Assembly: GCA_013265495.1 (NCBI GenBank)
Contig: MU063048.1
Span: forward strand, 3,472,001-3,536,000
Source: Vicugna vicugna
Taxonomy: Eukaryota
Length of the DNA stretch: 64,000 nucleotides
Direction of reading: 5' to 3'
The notes under the pieces are model-generated. The model saw only the letters and a list, made by a program, of their open reading frames with translations, was not told the DNA's origin and did not search any database. The translations under genes were made by a program, and so were the position numbers. Shown in pieces: positions 35,901-48,960 of this stretch; within the stretch, counting starts at the first letter, position 1, and every line of letters begins with the position of its first letter.

Positions 35901-37104
35901 TCAGACGTTATTATTTTGATTCGGTGTGAAATCAGGTGAATCCCACTGATAAATCATTTGCTTTTCGGAACATAAGCTTTCTTTGAATTCTGGGGTGAGA
36001 GGCATCAGACGTTCTATCTTCCATTTATTCTGAAATCTCCTCCAAGAGCAGCGGCCTCGTCCAAGCAGCCGATTTACTTTCAAACGCAGGACTCGTGCTT
36101 TCACCTGGCGCCCTGCTCTCTTCCGCCTGAACCTTCGTCTGCATGAAACACACTGGCTTTACGAGGCGGTGCGGGAGGTGTCTGCTTCCGGCTAGTCCCT
36201 GAGTCAGGGCCTTTGGAGTAACGCTGACAGGCACCAGAGCCTCCCTCTACGCCGTGGACACGGGGATCGGTGGGTCTGGTGGGGTCCAGGGGGGGCAGTG
36301 CGGGGCTTCCTGTCGAAGGAGCTTGGGTGCCCCTGGACGTGGGCAAAGACCACTAGCCTCGCCATGCGGCGTCTCTGAAGGCAAGCGGCACCTCCACTCG
36401 CTTCGGGACCTGACCGTGATTTCCAGCTGGGAGCGCCCTTTTGCTTCCGAGCTCGGGGGCCGTTTCATCCCAGATTCTTCACCAGGGACGCGAGCTCTGC
36501 GGGACCCGGCGGGAGAGGCACAGGGCCCTGAGGGCGAGATGCGCGTGGCTGCTTCTTGACACAGGGGCCAGGCAGAGCGCGCGCCCTCCTGTGACCGGCC
36601 CGGCGCCACGCCCGCCGCACAGCTCCCGCACCTCCCTCGCCCTCCCACTCGCAGATACCTGCTGTGCTGAGATCAGCTATAATAATGTCCTTGTTTTTAG
36701 CTTAAATTGTTCCAGGCTCCAGCTGTCCCGAGAGTGGCAAAACAAAACAAGAACAGCTTATTCCTACAGCAGCGGGGGGGGGCAGCTTTGATGTGTGCTG
36801 GCTTCTCTGCATCGTTTCTGTGTCCACCGAGCGAGTCCTCATCCTGTGCCTATGGATAACCACACGTGCGACGTCCTTTCCCTCGTGTTTCAGGTCCCGG
36901 GGGAGCAGAGGCAGAAGAAGACATGTAATGCGTTCAGGCCACGTGCCAACTTGGTGGGCATGCAGGCGATGGAGATGCCCCTCTCCGGCCTCTGTGCCTA
37001 CATCTTGATGCATCTCTTTTTCCCCTGGGCCTATGCGTTTATCCAAGGTTGGTCTCTCTGTTCCCGTTATGAGACTATGTTTAAATGTTAAATTTAGTTT
37101 CCTT

Positions 37105-37108
<4 letters not shown>

Positions 37109-37140
<32 letters not shown>
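37109..37140. repeat. (CA)16 microsatellite in the MYLK4 3' UTR
   Basis: Perfect dinucleotide run. Confidence 0.97.
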
Positions 37141-37142
<2 letters not shown>

Positions 37143-39225
37143 GCCCTGACTGAAGTGTTGGTTACTGCACTATCTTTACTGATGGTACTTCATTGAGTCT
37201 GGGAAAATCCAAGCCAGGGCAAGGTTGACACTCAGCCCGCAGAGAGCTGGCGTCCAGTCGAATGCTGACCAGGACGTGGGGGTCTGATCTGAAACCCTTG
37301 TGGAGGGCATGGTGTGGACGCCCCTCCGGCCAGAGCAGGGGGCTGTTGGCAGGGCGCACAGACTCACCTGGCCGTGCTCCTACCCCGTGGGGGCTCATTG
37401 CCCAGGCCCCGCACGCGGAAGAGAGCTCTGGCCAGATGAACGCACGGTCTCTTTGCCAAAGTAATCCACTGGTGGCCCCACAGTTAGTGGGTGTGATTTT
37501 TTATTTTTTAGGGGGTTTAGAAAGGAGACTCTACTTTGAAAATGGATCTGCATCGAATTTGCAGTTAAACTTCCACACTTGGCCGGGGGGCAGCCCCAGG
37601 CCAGCAGGGGTGCCTTTTGTACGGGGGCCGAGGACAGTGTGCACATCGCAGAGTCAGTCATCACAGCCTGGAGTTCCGGGAACTGGTCTCCTGCTCGCCC
37701 TGTCCCCTCCCTCTACGCCCGGTGTGGCTGCCCCGATGGGAACGGGGCTTTGTGCATCCGAGGAATCAAACCAGCCGCACGCGTGGACCCCCAAGACGCG
37801 GAGTCTGGCTGGACTGGGCCACTGTGATCAGTTTTTCCAAGAAATCACCAGGGTCTGAATGGCTGTATTGCATCTCCGCCCTCTTACTGGACGTGATGGC
37901 TCTTGCTCACCCCAGTGAGGCTGCTGCCATTTCTCCAGTAAACGGAGGAAACCAGGCACCGACGTGGCCTGGAGAGAGATAAACATCGCAGACTATTAGG
38001 AAAAAGGACGTCTGCATTCGTCATTTGTCAGACACCAGCAGGCACCCGAATCTGTTGTGTGAAAGTCAGGGCTCCCGGCCAGCCTGTGACGTGAAAACCT
38101 CCGGGAGAGATCCTCACCCAAACTCACGTGGGCTGACGCACGTCGGCCGAGCACCCCAGCCCTGCCTTTTGTCTGACTTGATGTCATTTTGCTCTCTTTC
38201 CGCGAAAACGTCAGTCGGCGGGCGGGCTGCGCGGTCACGGCAGACTGCGACGCGCCGGGTCCTGAAGGCGTGGGAGCACCGACGTTTTCAACATTGGTGT
38301 GGAAGTCTGGGTAGCAGATTTTTCTTTTCTTGTTTTAGGATCAAAATTCAGATTTCATGTTAGAGAAATGAGCAAGGCCACCCCTTTATTTGTTTTTATC
38401 TTTCTGCTCCCACCACCCCCACCCCAGGCTCTGGGCGCGGGTGCCGCTGTCAGACACCTGCTTGTTTGGCGTGGACTTTGGGCCTGTTTAAGGGCTTCGT
38501 TTGGAAAACTGACTTGGGAACGTGTTAGGAGGGGGCGGGCGGGCACCTCGGGGCCAAGGGCGGTGGGCTCAGCTCAGCGCTGCCCCGGTGGTTCTGCCTT
38601 GGGTACAGGATAGCCACGATGCCCCCACTTTGCTTTTGCTCCTTCTTTATAAATTTTTCACTTCTTTCTCTTTTTAAGTTAAAGCCAAAGTCCATTTTCT
38701 TATCCATCATGCTCCCCTAAAACCTCCTTGAGATGAAAAATGTATTTCCAAAAAGCAAGTTGCGTTCCGTCCTAAAGGAAACTGGATGCTGGACTCACTG
38801 GATGTTGAATTCCTGTTCCAGGCTCACTCCCTTGCGTTGCAGGAATGACTCCCATTTCCCGCGTGAGAAGGCCTGTGTACTTCTAGCTCTGATTCAGCCA
38901 GGTGTGCTTTCCAAAGAGGTCTTCAAATGGGCAGTTTCACCTTCCATGAAGGCTTGTAACCCCACCCCTGCTGCCCGCTGGAAAGAGAAGAGAACATTCT
39001 AGGCCCGGCTGTGCCTGCGCTGAGGTCTGCGTGTCCGTGGTCGGCTGGCAGATGCCCGGGAGCCCTCCTGATGAGGGTATCAGTGTAGCTAAGACATGAA
39101 ACTGGCGTCATAACGGGGCGATTGCGCGTGTCGTGTATTTTCTGTTCCTGAACACCGTTCCATTCAGCCGTGTTTCTTTGCCTTATAAAGACGTGTAACA
39201 GTCATAAATGTGTATTGTATCGAAG

Positions 39226-39231
39226 AATAAA
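39226..39231 (+). terminator. Polyadenylation signal AATAAA (probable MYLK4 distal site)
   Basis: The only AATAAA I saw in the last exon; preceded by several TGTA (CFIm-type) motifs at about 39194-39220. Confidence 0.7.
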
Positions 39232-42200
39232 CGTGCGCCTTATTGACCTATTGGTTCATGAGCTAATTTATTCTGTGAGGTGGACTTAGCAAATGCGATA
39301 CACTCCCCTCGGTGACGAGGCTGGCATGTTAAGTCCTGTGATATCGAGGACCCAGGCTGCCTTCAAAGAGCGACGTCACACTTGCAGGGGCCCCAGGACC
39401 GTCCCCAGGGACACCGGCCAGCCCCGTGGGGAAAGCAGCTCCCCCATTCAAACACAGTGGTTACAGTGCACCAGCACAAGGGTCAGGGTTTTCCCCTATT
39501 AGCACGAAAATGTGACTGAGATAGATAGACAGAAAGATAGATAGATAGGGCATCTTGAATCAGAATAGCATTTGACGGATTGTTGAGGCAGTCAGTTAGC
39601 AGCAGTCCAACCCTTTAACGTGCCCGCGTGGATATTCCTCAGACCCAGAAAGGTGTCTGTCTCCAAAGCGACAGGGTGAGACAGCCGCCCAGCCCTGGGC
39701 TGGCACATTGGCTTCTGGGCCGGCGTCCTGGCGGCACACGGCTGTGGCGGATCAGCTCTGAGCCGTGTGTCTGAGGATGACGTCGGGTCCACGCCAGCAC
39801 CCCCGTTTTAGCCCAGCAGGGATGGGTCCCCCCACCCGCACGTGGCTGAGACAGTCCCGATGAGTTTCGTCTCCGTTGCAAGCCTCGGCTTCCCACCTGG
39901 ATGTCCAGGGGGGGTGTCCTGACTTCCTCCCCCGGCGGGGAAACCTCACAGCCCTCTGCGGTATCTCGTTAATTTGTGCTTAGCTGGCTTGTGGCCTCAA
40001 CTGCAGAGCTCAGCCCCCTCAAAACTCACCCAGTTATTTCTAGAGACTTCCAAAATAATTCGGACACAAGCTTAAGAACTAGCATGCCAGGAGACAGGCC
40101 TCTTCCTGCCGGACATCACCTGGCAGCCCAGTGCACACTGACACCTGCTGCCCTGCCAAGGGCACTGCCTCCTGGCTTCCTCCAGAGGCCAGCCCTCTGG
40201 GTACCATGATGCGGTGTTTCCCGGGGTGCCCGTCACTCTGAGGCTGCGTGCGCCATCGGGCAGCCACACGGATGCGTGGAGATTCTCACTGCCTGGCAGC
40301 CTCGTTCTCAGACAGACCTGAGCAGACTGGGTCATCACACCTGTTAGGGCCCCAGGACTATCACCAGCGTCCAGCAGGCGGGGTGAGTGAAGGCAGCAGC
40401 CTCCTCCCCAGGACCTGGCTGCCCGGCGGTATTCGGTACAACAAAAACAAGGTTCAGGCTCAACGCTGCCACGGCTACAAGCGACAGTGGCGGGACGGCC
40501 ACGCTTACACAGACCGCTGCGTGTCTGTGACAGCACCTTGTAGGAACGGGCCACGCAGGACAGGTGTGACGAGATTCTAATCGCAAGGGTCCGGGTGACT
40601 GTTGAGTTGGGTCAGGTGACAGCATCCTGCATAAGTGTCTGAACACCCCCCCGGAGCTCTCAGACCCTCGGCCACGCCCAAGCCCGTGGGCTCCCGAGCT
40701 CGCTGCGTTCTTGCACTGTCCTGTGGGAACTACTCCGTTACTGTTATTCTAATACTATATTACATTCTTACTCTTCACTTAAGAGGAGAAATGTCTGTGC
40801 GACATTTCTCGGCAGTCCACTCTTTAGACCCTCGGCTTCCTGGTTTGGCCATGGTGTCCTCAGAGGGCCTGGATCTGACCTTCGCCGGGAAGCCATGTCT
40901 TAATCGCAGTGTGTTTGGTTGTGGGGGAGGCTAAGGTTTCACATTCCTTTCTGTTTAAAAGCCCTTCCTTTAGATGAGCTCCCTCCTTCCATTTTATCAC
41001 AAGCAGCAGGAAGGAAGCAGGAAGCGCTTTGAGCAGGGCAGGGAAACCGCCTCGGCCGGACCGCGCAGCCCGCGCGCTAAGTCGGCCGCCCCCCGTCACG
41101 CAGGTCACCGTGCTGCTGAACTGTCTGCCACCAGCGGGCAAAGGCTGTTCTCTACCAGTTTCAAGTAACGTTTTCTTCGCTTTCCTTCCAGCCCTCCACG
41201 TAACCTCATGAAAGATCTTTAGGATTTCATGAAGCGCCCTTCGAGGCCCTTCAAGCTTTCGCGATCACTCTCCCCAGTCTTTGCAGCTTCCTCCTGCAGC
41301 CTGTCTCCAGAGCTTTTCCCACCTTGGTTTTGGTGACGGTGGCTTCTACCATTTCTGAAGGCGTTGGCACCATGGGCTTGTTTATGTTTCTAAAGCCTTA
41401 TACACCTCCGTCTTTTTTCTTTAATTTAAATATTCTGGGGTAGGGGACTGTGTCTTCACTTTACTGCACCGTTCCCCAGAGGCTTCAGAATCCACTGTGA
41501 AGTGAGCTCGTATTGCCAGCAGAATTACTGATGGACCCTCTCCTCCTTCACCGGGTTCCCCCGCCAGCGCTTTTGCTCGCGGTGTGTCTCTCCCGGCCAC
41601 CGGCGGCAGGGGGAGGTGCGCGCGTCAGCTGAGAAGTGAGAACGATCGCCAGCCTCTGCTCTGGGTCCTTTCGAGTCCCGCCCCAGGGAGGGGGGGACTG
41701 TCCGCTGTCCTCCGAGCCGGGACTCCCTCTCTCTGTCTGAAATGTTTTCCACTCATCTTTCTACCTGATAAACACCCCAGTCCCACCTCCTTCCCAGCCC
41801 ACGGCCACGTCCTCGTCACGCCTTCCTCTTCTCGCAGCCGTTGTCACAGCACTTTCCCGCCTTCTGCTCTCGTGGGCTGGCTTCCTCCCTCCCGTGCGCC
41901 CCTCGAGTGCGGGGCGTGGTCTTATTCTGGGCATAATAATCCTTTCCTCTCCAAGTTTCACAGAGCTAACCTTTGATGCATGAATCCTTGTTTTGCTGGA
42001 TTGGGAATGAGAATATTTCAACACAACTAGCAAGACTTACTGAATTAATTTCCGAAAATATTTAGAATCATATTTTTCTCTTGGTTTAGACCCTTTTTTG
42101 TTTTCCTTCCACGTCTCATTAAGTGATTGATGGCAAAAGTACAGAATATTAAAAATAAGTAAGATTTTATTTTCCATATGCACTCATAATTAAAAAAAAA

Positions 42201-43227
42201 TTTCCTCTATACATATGCTTAAAAATACGTCAACTTGAGAGAAAACAACCCAACAAGGATATTCATAATTCTTGCTAATTAATGTCTGAACTTTTTCTCC
42301 CCTCAATTACTTCGCACACCTGTTCTCTGTAAATTTCCTTAGCAATTTTTATACAATATTAATGTTGTCCAGAACTTGGACACACACCTGAGGTTTTTCT
42401 GAATTTTAATTATTTTCAAATTAATTTTAATATTCTGAATAATTTCAAACTTGCCCATATGTTTAATAAAACTGAACTTCATATTCCAAAACATTATGAA
42501 GTTTTCCTAAGGTTTCCAAAGACAATGTACGGTCTGCCTTTATAAACGCTTTTAAAATAGTTTTTAGAAACTTCTTTCACTGCAAATCTTCCTGTTGGTC
42601 CCAAACCTTATCATTCCATAATTGGCTTAGCAGGTTTTCTCGGGTGCAGTGGCTCACAGCTCTCCAAGGGGAAACATGGCTTTTGCTGCTCTGCGAAGCC
42701 TGCCGCCCGCTGAGTCCTTGCAAGTCGGCTGCCGCAGGTGTGGTCAGGCTCCCTGCACTCGTTCTCACCGTGCTTCTGCCTTACTCAGTCGTTCCTTTAA
42801 TCCAGGGTGTGCTGCCTTACAAACTCGGCTGCCGTCCGGCTGTTGCTTAAAAGGTAGACTGTGTGGCTCAGGGCCTCCGCCACACTGGGACGTTGCTAAT
42901 AACATAAAAAGGAACAAACCAGATAATGAGGGTTCCCGTTGTGACAATCTACTGGGACTTGCAATTTCAAAATAATGCCTTTGAAGTACAGGATGGGAGG
43001 AGACCTGGCCCTTTCTGGCAGAGTAAGGTTCCCATTTTCTCACAGTAAGCAGTAAACAGTGTTTACTGTTTCGCTTTTATGTAGGAGTTTCTACTGCATG
43101 GTAACCTAATAGCCATTTTATTAGTTATAAGTAGTTATTATGTGGTGACATTACAGAGGCAGCTGGGGGGTAAAAATTAGGCTTAGAGGGGCATATATGG
43201 CAGTGAACTTCCTGACTTTAAGTCTCC

Positions 43228-44920
43228 CTTTTTTATTTTTCAAATTGTTTCAGCTAGTCTATATTCTTCACATCCACATGTGAATTTTTGAATGAGTTTG
43301 TTAATTTCTACAGAGAAAGTCTGCTTGGTGTTTGACTGGGATTGCGCTGAACCTACAAATTAATCTGAAGAGGAGTGATCTTTAACTGCACTGAGTCTTC
43401 TGACACAGAAACACAATGTGCTTATAATTTTAATTAAAATATAATTGCTCTCATCAATGTTTCGTAGTTTTCAGTACTCAGGTCTCTCACTCTGTCCGAT
43501 TTTATCACCAAACATTTCATGTTCCTTGATGCTATGGTAAATTTATTTTTGAAGTTGTAATTTCTGATTCTTTATTGCTATTAAAAACATAAAACTTATT
43601 TTTTCATATTGATCTTAAATCCTGCAGCCTCACTGGACTCAATAATTCTCATAGGTTTTTGTGAAGTCCATTGAATTTTCTGCATAGATGATTATGTTGT
43701 TTGCAAATAAAGACAATTTTACTTTTTCCCTTTCCAGTCTGGATGCCTTTTATTTCTTTTCCTATCTTATTGCACTGGCAGTAAGTACAACATTGAAAGA
43801 CACGGTGAGAGCTGGCAGTCTTGTCCTGCTCGTGACCTTTGGGAAAAAGGACTCAATGCTTCAGCATTAAGTATAACATTAACTGTAGGTTCTTCATAGG
43901 TGCCCTTCATCTGGTCAAGGGCCTTTCCTCCTATTCCTAGTTTTATGAGAGTTTTTTTTTATCAGAAATGGACACTGGATTTTCTTTAAAAAATATTTTT
44001 AGAAAGTGTATTTATATGACCACACGGCTTTCGTTTTCTAGATTATTCACTTTTTAAATTATTAATATGTGAATTACATTAGCTTGCAAATATTAAACCG
44101 ACCATGCATTCCTGTGACAAGCCCAATGTGGTCATGATTTATCGTGCTTATATATATTCCGGGAATCAGTCTGATAAAAGCTTACTCAGAATGTTTACGT
44201 CTGTGCTTGTAGAGGTGCAATCCTGCAGTCTTGCTGTGACGTCTTTTGCTTTCATGGAAATGCTAGCCTCATAGAATAAGCTTGGTGATTTTCCTCCTTT
44301 CAATTTTCTGCAGGAATTTATGTTCTTTCTTTCTTAGGTGCCTGGTGGGATTTACCAGGGAAGCTATCTTGCCTGGAGTTCTCTTTATGGGAAGGTTTAT
44401 AACTTCAAATTTCATTCAATTTCTTCAAAATCAAATTATTCAAATATAGGGGTATTCAGAGTATTTATTTCTTTTTCAGTGAATGTTGGTAGTTAGTGTC
44501 TTTCAAAGAAGTCGTCGATTTTCTAAGTTTATTGGCATGAAGTTGTTCATGAGATTTCCCTATAATCCTTCTAATATATTTAGAATCTGTGATGATTCCC
44601 GCTCTCTCGTTCCTGATTTGTATCATGTCTCTTTTTCTCTGATCCATCTGATTTGAAGTTTATCAATTTTATTAATCTTCTCAAAGAACCTGCTTTCCCC
44701 CCATTTGTCCTCCCATTAATTTTCCCTTTTTCTATTTAATTGATTTCTGTTCTTATCTTTATTATTTCCTTCCTTCTCCTCACTTTGGGTTCAGTCTGCT
44801 CTTTTTAAAAAATTTCTTGAGGAGGAAACTTAGGCCACTGATTTGAAAAATTTCTTCTTTTCTTATATAGGCATTTAGTGTGAATAATTTCCCTAAGTAC
44901 TGCTTCAGCTGTAACCCCAA
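43228..44920 (-). mobile_element. L1 ORF2 relic (about 1.7 kb, decayed)
   Basis: Minus-strand ORF 44465-44647 gives QIRNERAGIITDSKYIRRIIGKSHEQLHANKL, matching L1 ORF2 KIRNEKGDITTD...YANKL; the flanking T-rich sequence follows the antisense RT region. Confidence 0.9.
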
Positions 44921-45806
44921 GGAAGTCTGTGATACAAGTGGGAAACTGCCCAGGTTGCATCATAGAATGAAGCACCCAGAAATCTCCTAACAGCACTGCA
45001 GATGGGATCCCCTCAAATGGGCAACCTTGCAGGCGGAACTGGGTTAACTCCTCCGTGTCTCTACTTCCTTGGATTAAACTCATGGAATATTAGAGCTACT
45101 GAGTTTATGCCCTCATGTACCTGTTAAAAATGAGGTTCTAATGTGCTGCCCAAAGAGGCAGACTGGCCCCAAGACAGAAGCAAATCAAGGAGGTATCTAA
45201 GCACCGCTGCTTATGTCCATGAAGTCAGCTGGCGCAGCACGGCCATGTCAGTATCGTTAATTAAGCAGCTACTTTGTGCCTGACGTGGTGCTGAGAGGTT
45301 TTCCGTCTTTCTCTGATTTAATCTGCATAGTAATCTGTGTGAAGTGTGGGATCCTGCTGTAATCCCAACTTTCCATATAAGGAAACAGAATCTTCTCTAG
45401 CTGGGTGGCTGGCTGAAGGCCATTCACTCTGAAACTGTACGGGTGGGGAATCATCCTAAGGTCTTTCTAACCCAAAACACAACAAACACTCAACCACTCT
45501 ACCGCCTCCAGTGGCTGTTTACAGCCAGGACTTGCTCGCGGACGAGAGCTGACCTGCTGAGCACGGCACCAAGTCACTGCGGGGCGGAGAGGACGGTGAA
45601 AGGGCCCCCTCGAGACACTTGGCAATTCTCTCCATCGTGAAAAAGGCATCGCCTCCTTCAGGGCTGCAGAGGAGATGCTCCTTTAACACACGATTGCAGC
45701 AGCAGCCGCCGTGGTCAAAGGGGCAGCCGGAGCCTCCTGGCCCTTGTGGCATCATAAGCTCCCCACGCCTGTGTTCACTGGCATTGTTTTCTATCCTGTG
45801 TGAATT

Positions 45807-45832
45807 CACACACACACACACACACACACACA
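45807..45832. repeat. (CA)13 microsatellite
   Basis: Perfect dinucleotide run. Confidence 0.97.
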
Positions 45833-48149
45833 TGGCTTCACACTCAGGAAAACCGCTAACAAAGGCTAAGCTAAACAGTCACGTATTCACACGGCAAATA
45901 TCAGGGTGCAGCTGGTTAAGGATGGGAAGCTGTTTCACACACACACGCGCTCACAGGCAGGGTCTCCGAGGCGAGGCCTTGTGTCCCCTGCCCTGAAGGC
46001 CCGCCGACCTGAGTGGAGGTCAAGGCTGCTCCTGGGAGAGTCACCTGATACCTCAGCCCTCTCCTTGGCCGGGCCAGTGTTTTCCAGACAATTGTTTGCT
46101 GGAAACGTGTCTCTCAGCTTGGCTGGTTACACGCGTGTACGTATTACCTCTGTTTTAGGGCCGATTGGCTCATTTAAAAAGAAAGTGCCCCATTACATTT
46201 TCACTCTTACTTCTGGTCTAAAGCTTTGCTCGTATCTGCCAGCCACTCTGGAACTGTTTAAATTAGTGCAGGTTTTTAATTTTTTTATTGAGTGTCAAGT
46301 ACACCCTGGGGATAGGCTGGCCCCGCCGTCACCCAAAGTGTTCAGCCGGGTCCAGGAAAGTCGCGACACAGAGAAACATCGTGGTTAACGAAAGGCTTTC
46401 GTTATTAAGAGCTTATCTGGTCTCCCCCCGCTTGCCTCTGGTCTCCCCCCGGGAGCGGCTTCGGGGTCTCGGCTCTCTTCCTCTGGGAGGCTGAGAGTTT
46501 TCTTCCAGGATGTGAGCTTCTTGGGGAATCAGAGGCACTTCCTCAGAGCTCCAGGCGGGGTGGCCTCCGCAGAGCGGGCTGGGCACACTCACTGGTATCT
46601 CAAAAATGGCAGAGACCTGCTGACCCTCCCCCGTCTCCAAAGAAAAGTCGAACAGGCACAGATAAGCCCCCAGGCCTTCGGCAAGTGCCTGGCCGCCTGA
46701 GGCTCCTGTTACGCACGTGCATGTCCCATCTACCCAGGCCGGGAGCGGAGCTGGGGTATCAGATTACCCCCAGCGCACCTCGTGTATCACTTACGTGAGG
46801 GGCCTTCATGCAGGTGTGGGGCCCAGGGCAGGAAGTGTGCCCCCGGCTTGCCTCGGAGGAACTGGACACCAGTGAAGTGAGACCACTGAACCCTCCCCAC
46901 ACGTCTGTTTGTGCAGCGGTTCAGTCTGAGTTTCAGGATGACAGACGCAGTAACAATCTCGCACCTCTGAAGCTTCCAGAGTCGGGGAGACCCGCCCCGT
47001 GACAGGGACACAGGATCAGAGAGCCAGCGGTGACGTGGGAAGCCCTCCAGTTTGCCTTCCTGCCTTGGGCAGTACGGACGGGCGCCCAAAGTGCCCACCG
47101 CCAGTGAACTGTCTGCCCCGCCCGGCTGGCCTCCCCTGAGGGTGCTGGCTCTGTGTCTCTTTGGCCAGAAGGATGCTCACTGGTGTCCTCCTATCCTCTG
47201 AGAGCACACCTGCCACGGGGGCCACGCCCCAACGTCTGATCTGGGAGCAGCCACGATGGCAGGTCCCAGCCCTCGCAAATGTGCCTGGGCTGGCTTTCCA
47301 GAGGCAGGGCCTCTTCCCGAGCCTCAGAAAGTGGCTTCGTCCAGGTACCCACAGCCCTGGAGCAAAACCCCTGGGGACCCTCAACCCACAGGAGTCAGAT
47401 CAGAGACGCCCAGCCTCACGGCCTGGAGAGGAGGCTGAGGCCCCTCCATGGTCAGGGCTGGGAGCCCCCCGCGGAGCGCAGCCCGGGGCCCAGTAACAGG
47501 ATCTCCACGGACCCTCTGCCCTGCGGTCTTCCTCTCTGCTTCCCGCACTCCGTCCGGGCTGGCGTTCCCCATCAACTACCTGCGGCCAAACTCCGGTCTC
47601 AGCGCTGCTTTTGAAATCACTCAAACTGGAACAGACACCATCCCAACGTCCCGGGGGCTGGGTCTACGCCCGACAAAGACGCTGCCTGCCTGGGTCACTT
47701 GGACTAGCTCTCACCGTGCGACCAAGTGGAGAAGAGAAGGTGATTTATTTGAACCAATGATCCCCCTGGCCACTGGGATGAACCGGAGGCCTTGTCTTCA
47801 TTTTAATGCAAAGGGAGAATGGATGCTCCTTCCTGCAAGCGGTTTCCCCACCGCCTTTCCACACTGGGTTCCAGACCTCCTCCGGGATTCTGTCTCATCA
47901 GGATCTGTCCCCTTTGCTCCGCCTCCACCATCTCTCCTTGCAAGGCTCCCCAGTCCCATGCGGGCCCCCCTTGCCCTGCCACCAGCCTCTGTCCCAAAGG
48001 AAAACAGCTGTCCCCTTAGAAAGCACCTAGGTGAGGGGGCTGGGCCGACGCTGGTCCCTAAACTTCTCACCTGCCCTGTGAGTGGGAGCCAGCAGACAGG
48101 TCTGCCCCGACGGCAGTATTGAAATGGATGTCACGCGGGGGATTTAGAT

Positions 48150-48960
48150 TTTCTAGCTTTCTTGAGGCATCATTTACATATAATAATATTTAAGATGCAC
48201 ACACCACACCTCACACACCGCGCAACATGGCGTGACGAGCATTGGTGACTTTATACCCAGCTGTCGCCTCCACCACAATCCAAGAGATTTCCATCCCCCG
48301 AGAACATCCCAGTGCATCTTTACAGCCGAGCCCCTCCCCGAGTCCCAGCCCCCAGCTAAATCGATTAATTGGTGTCACTATAGTCTTGCCTTTTCTGGGC
48401 TTCCCTGTAAGTAGGACGGAGCAATACGTAGTTTTTGTGAGAAGAAAGTCAGCTTCCTCCACGCGGCACTGTCTCATTCACCTTGCCGCTTGCGTGCAGG
48501 CTTTGCCCCTTCCCGCTGCTCAGCAGTTCTCCGTGGCAGGAACGCCGGGCTCTGCTCACGCACTCAGCAGCTCCGGGGCGTCTGAGCTGTTTCTGGGTCC
48601 CGGCTGTGTGAACGACGCTGCCGTGAGCCCGCGTTTGTCTTTGAGGACGTACGACTTGTTTCTCTCGGGCAGAGACCCAGGCGTGGAATGGCTGGGCCGC
48701 GGCGAGGACAAGCTTCCCACAGCCACGTGGGTTTCCAAGGTGGTCGCGCCCTGCGCGCCCCGCCCAGCAGGAGGCAGTCCCAGCGCTCCCGGCCCGGGGA
48801 ACGAGGGTCGAGTCAAGCCTGTTTACTTGCGGAGAGCGGTGCTGTCTCCGTGCGGCCTCCGGCTGCATCTCTCTGATGAGTAACGATGTCGAGCAGCTTT
48901 CTGTGTGTTTACTGCCCGGATATACTGCTGGTAGACAAGATGCCAAAGCGCTCTTCGGGG
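48150..48960 (-). mobile_element. L1M (L1MB/MC-like) 3' end, heavily AT-to-GC substituted
   Basis: Colinear L1 landmarks: gctttcttgaggcatcatttacata; ctgtgtgaacgacgctgccgtgagc; tctctcgggcagagacccaggcgtggaatggctgggcc; ctgcatctctctgatgagtaacgatgtcgagcagctttctgtgtgtttact. Confidence 0.85.

Larger units (their letters stand above)
35466..39250 (+). other. MYLK4: MYLK4 terminal non-coding exon (3' UTR, about 3.8 kb; end approximate)
   Basis: ttttgtttgcttcgcag|gaaaacggctgcggtggctgctgc acceptor, which resembles the recalled start of the human last exon; ends at an AATAAA with upstream TGTA elements. Confidence 0.75.

Noticed and set aside
42616-42625. CArG box CCATAATTGG
   Set aside because: Single degenerate 10-mer at chance frequency.
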